Positions 61,147 to 64,000 of a DNA stretch of 64,000 nucleotides are shown in pieces; position 1 is the stretch's first letter, and every line of letters starts with the position of its first letter. Source of the stretch: Octopus sinensis (taxonomy: Eukaryota). The stretch spans positions 27,094,001-27,158,000 of the forward strand of contig NC_043001.1 in the NCBI RefSeq assembly GCF_006345805.1, read 5' to 3'. A model generated the notes under the pieces. That model saw only the letters and a list, made by a program, of their open reading frames with translations. It searched no databases and had not been told where the DNA came from. Position numbers and translations under genes: made by a program.

Positions 61147-62473
61147 CACTTTCTTCCGTCAATAACTCACGTACTTAATGAATATAATCTATCTTAATCC
61201 TTATCTCATCTATTCCAAGCCACTTAAATCATTTCCTCTAGATCTATATTCAAAAGTCTCTGCTCAACCAATAGAAAAACTCTTATTTTTATTCGGATTC
61301 TTGACGTTCTGAGATCAGAATCCGCCAGGGATCAGCATTGCCATTCATCTCTCCGAGATCCTTAAAATAAAGTATCAGTCAATGGTATCGACTAACTCCT
61401 CTCCTCAAAACTGCACGCCTCGTGCCATTATTTTACATGTCCTTTCATTCTTCTGGTACCGATAAAATAAGTACCAGTCAGCAACTGGTGTCAATTTTAT
61501 TGACAAACATATTCCCTCAAATTTTCTGCCTTTGTGACAATGCAGGAAATGATTCTTCCATAAACCCTATTTCCTTTTCGCGTGCGTGTGTGCATGAAGA
61601 CATTTAGAAAGGCAATTTTATAATTTCAGTACTTTGTAACGAACATTTTTTTCATAACCCTCAAAACACATTTTTGGATTACGATTCAGCTCATTTGATT
61701 CCATTCTAGTATATTTATTAGACGAAAAACTTTCACTTGATGCTTTTATCTCAGTGTCTCTATCTTCCACCCAACACCACCCATGTCCTGCAGCCCATGG
61801 ATAAGTGGGTGATTTCTAATTTCAAGAAGCTCTTCACCAAGCACCTGCTTTGAAGTGACGGAGAGCACAGACCTCACCCTTCGAGAGTTCTTGAAGGACC
61901 ATTATAACACCGTAATATGCCTCAAAATTATCGATATGGCCTGGCAGGGTGTTACAAAGAGGACCTTGACCTCTGCGTGGAAGAAGCTGTAGCCTGAGGT
62001 TGTGTCTGAAAGACTCGGACCTGAAGCGGTAGTGGTGGAAGAGATTGTATCCCTCGGCAAGTCCATGGGCCTGGATATGGATGAAGGTGACTTCTACGAG
62101 CTCATCGAGGAACACTCCGAGGAACTGACAACGGAGAAGCTACAGACGCAGCAGTACACGGAGGTTTTGAAGGAAATAGGTAACGCGGAGGCGATGGAGG
62201 AGGTTATCTCTAAAGGAAACGATGGGAATTTGAGAGAAACTTTCAGATTTTAATCAAAATAAAACGCCAGAAAATGTTGCAACTGGGCGTGCGGCGGTGC
62301 AATTTAATGACACTTGCTTAACTCATTTCAGAAACATTCTGAAAGGGACAAGTTTTTATCGAAAACTCCTGCAGATGAAAGTGAGGAAAGCGGGGCGAAA
62401 AAGACAAAAAGCAGCGAATAAGATTCAGTTATTTAGTTCAGCCATTCTCCTCTACCTCCATCAAAGGTAAATG

Positions 62474-62860
62474 TGGAGGCGCAATGGCCCAGTGGTTAGG
62501 GCAGCGGATTCGCGGTCATAGGATCGCGGTTTCGATTCCCAGACCGGGTGTTGTGAGTGTTTATTGAGCGAAAACACCTAAAAGCTCCACGAGGCTCCGG
62601 CAGGGGATGGTGGTGATCCCTGCTGTACTCTTTCACCACAACTTTCTCTCACTCTTACTTCCTGTTTCTGTTGTACCTGTATTTCAAGGGGCCGGCCTTG
62701 TCACTCTCTGTGTCACGCTGAATATCCCCGAGAACTACGTTAAGGGTGCACGTGTCTGTGGAGTGCTCAGCTACTTACACGTTAATTTCACGAGCAGGCT
62801 GTTCCGTTGATTCGGATCAACCGGAACCCTCGTCGTCGTAACCGATGAGTGCTTTCATTC
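62474..62860 (+). mobile_element. SINE family C, full length with 12-bp TSD
   Basis: caaaggtaaatg at 62462-62473 and 62861-62872; A-box tggcccagtgg, B-box gtttcgattcc. Confidence 0.9.
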
Positions 62861-63205
62861 CAAAGGTAAATGCTGTACATTGTTCTTGGCATCCTTTTGT
62901 CTCGGGTGACAATGGAGTGCGCATAAACTAATCCAGTCTGGTTTTTACATTTCATGCACTCTCCAGTTTCCACTCCAGTTTTGCACAGACCTGGGCTAGA
63001 TGTAAGAAAATCCTGGGTAGCCCAATCGTCAGGATTCCTCTCTCGACGTAGTTCAAAGGAGTGCAGAGCATTACGTTTTGCACCAGCTTGGTTGCAGGAG
63101 CTGCCGGAAGTCTGTCGAGTCGAGCACTAAATCGCCTACGGGGCTCCACTCTGGATTTCTTTGAAGGTTGTTTCCTTTCCGTAACCCTGGATTGGGGCTC
63201 ATATC

Positions 63206-63436
63206 TATTTCTTTACTACCCACAAGGGGCTAAACACAGAGAGGATAAACAAGGACAGACAAACGGATTAAGTCAATTATATCGACCCCAGTGTGTAACT
63301 GGTACTTATTTAATCGACCCCGAAAGGATCAAAGGCAAAGTCGACCTTGGCGGAATTTGAACCCAGAACGTAACGGCAGACGAAATACCACTAAGCATTT
63401 CGCCTGGCGTGCTAACGATTCTACCAGCTCGCCGCC
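63206..63436 (-). mobile_element. SINE family A, full length
   Basis: Complete reverse-complement copy. Confidence 0.85.
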
Positions 63437-64000
63437 TTCATACCGAGTACTATCAGCCGGAGCCAGCTGAACCCGGGACTCGTGTCAGGCAGGGTCGTCA
63501 CTCCCTGAAGTAGTGGAGAAAATGGCTACCCACTACCTAAAATGCTGTACATTATACTTAATAAAACTAGTTTATTGCAGTACATTCTATTGTATTGTTT
63601 TTCTTTTAATACAATATTTATTATTTATACGTACATTTTTCTTATTTAAAAACATGTAACAAAAAGAAATTGCGGTGTTTGGGTGGGGGGCTGGAATAGA
63701 TTAACGGCATTTTAATTAATTTCAATGGGGAAATTGATTTGACATACCAGTAATCTGAGTTACGAGCTTCGTCACAGAACGAATTAAACTCGTAAGTCAA
63801 GATACCACTGTATAACCTTTGCAGGAAAAAGTTCCAGAAGTATCTAAATTGATCTATCACATGAGGTCTGGGTGCTGATTAGCCAATAACTAGGACTCTC
63901 ACATGAACAAACCGTTGTTACGTCGTAACTTTAACTTCGTAATTCGATGACTCTGTTTCGAGTCTTGCTACAACAGCTCCCTCCTAGTTCTTTTGTGGCA

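Larger units (their letters stand above)
61790..63810 (+). mobile_element. 5'-truncated Tigger/pogo transposon with nested SINEs
   Basis: QPMDKWVISNFKKLFTKHL..FEVTESTDLTLREFLKDHYNTVICLKIIDMAWQGVTKRTLTSAWKKL...VVEEIVSLGKSMGLDMDEGDFYELIEEHSEELTTEKL; 3' TIR ctcgtaagtcaagataccactg|ta at 63810. Confidence 0.75.

Noticed and set aside
6909-62560. tRNA-like sequences at SINE heads
   Set aside because: They have A- and B-box-like motifs but no complete cloverleaf, and they continue into SINE bodies; they are not tRNA genes.
972-63860. Most ORF-track entries (HT-, YI-, MYVC-, CV-, poly-I and poly-T ORFs, and recurring SINE translations such as ...PERMKGKVDLGGI)
   Set aside because: They are translations of microsatellites or SINE bodies, with no splice context or protein homology.
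1-64000. CRISPR arrays, rRNA genes, operons or prokaryotic systems
   Set aside because: None seen. The DNA is eukaryotic and intron-rich, and its recurring units are transposon copies rather than repeat-spacer arrays.

Overview
AT-rich, repeat-dense animal genomic DNA. I recognise the SINE families and microsatellite spectrum from memory as octopus (coleoid cephalopod); this was not database-checked. One protein-coding gene is supported: a + strand, five-exon CFAP97-domain (KIAA1430 family, CFAP97D2-like) ciliary/flagellar gene. Its coding exons are 8272-8364, 36417-36497, 42227-42345, 44053-44236 and 48790-49194; all introns are GT-AG and phase-consistent; the product is 293 aa; intron 1 is 28 kb; the last exon encodes an acidic tail containing 18-bp repeats. 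Most of the rest is transposon-derived: three tRNA-headed SINE families, an element of about 550 bp embedded in TAA repeats, R4/Dong-, CRE-, RTE-, CR1/L2- and Penelope-like retroelement fragments, non-autonomous Helitrons, mariner and Tigger remnants, and hAT-, piggyBac-, Tc1- and Merlin-type MITEs. Best leads: (1) a near-canonical type I hammerhead ribozyme inside a 330-bp element bounded by perfect 32-bp inverted repeats; (2) GG-terminal MITEs with 8-bp target-site duplications (TSDs) that carry telomere-type (TTAGGG)n, with a paralogous empty site in the window; (3) REL-endonuclease retroelements at (TAA)n and (CATA)n, including an RT-less Dong derivative, apparently using SINE tails as landing sites; (4) Helitrons sharing a 3' end but with unrelated interiors. 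Nearly all entries in the ORF track are microsatellite or repeat artefacts. All calls were made by eye.
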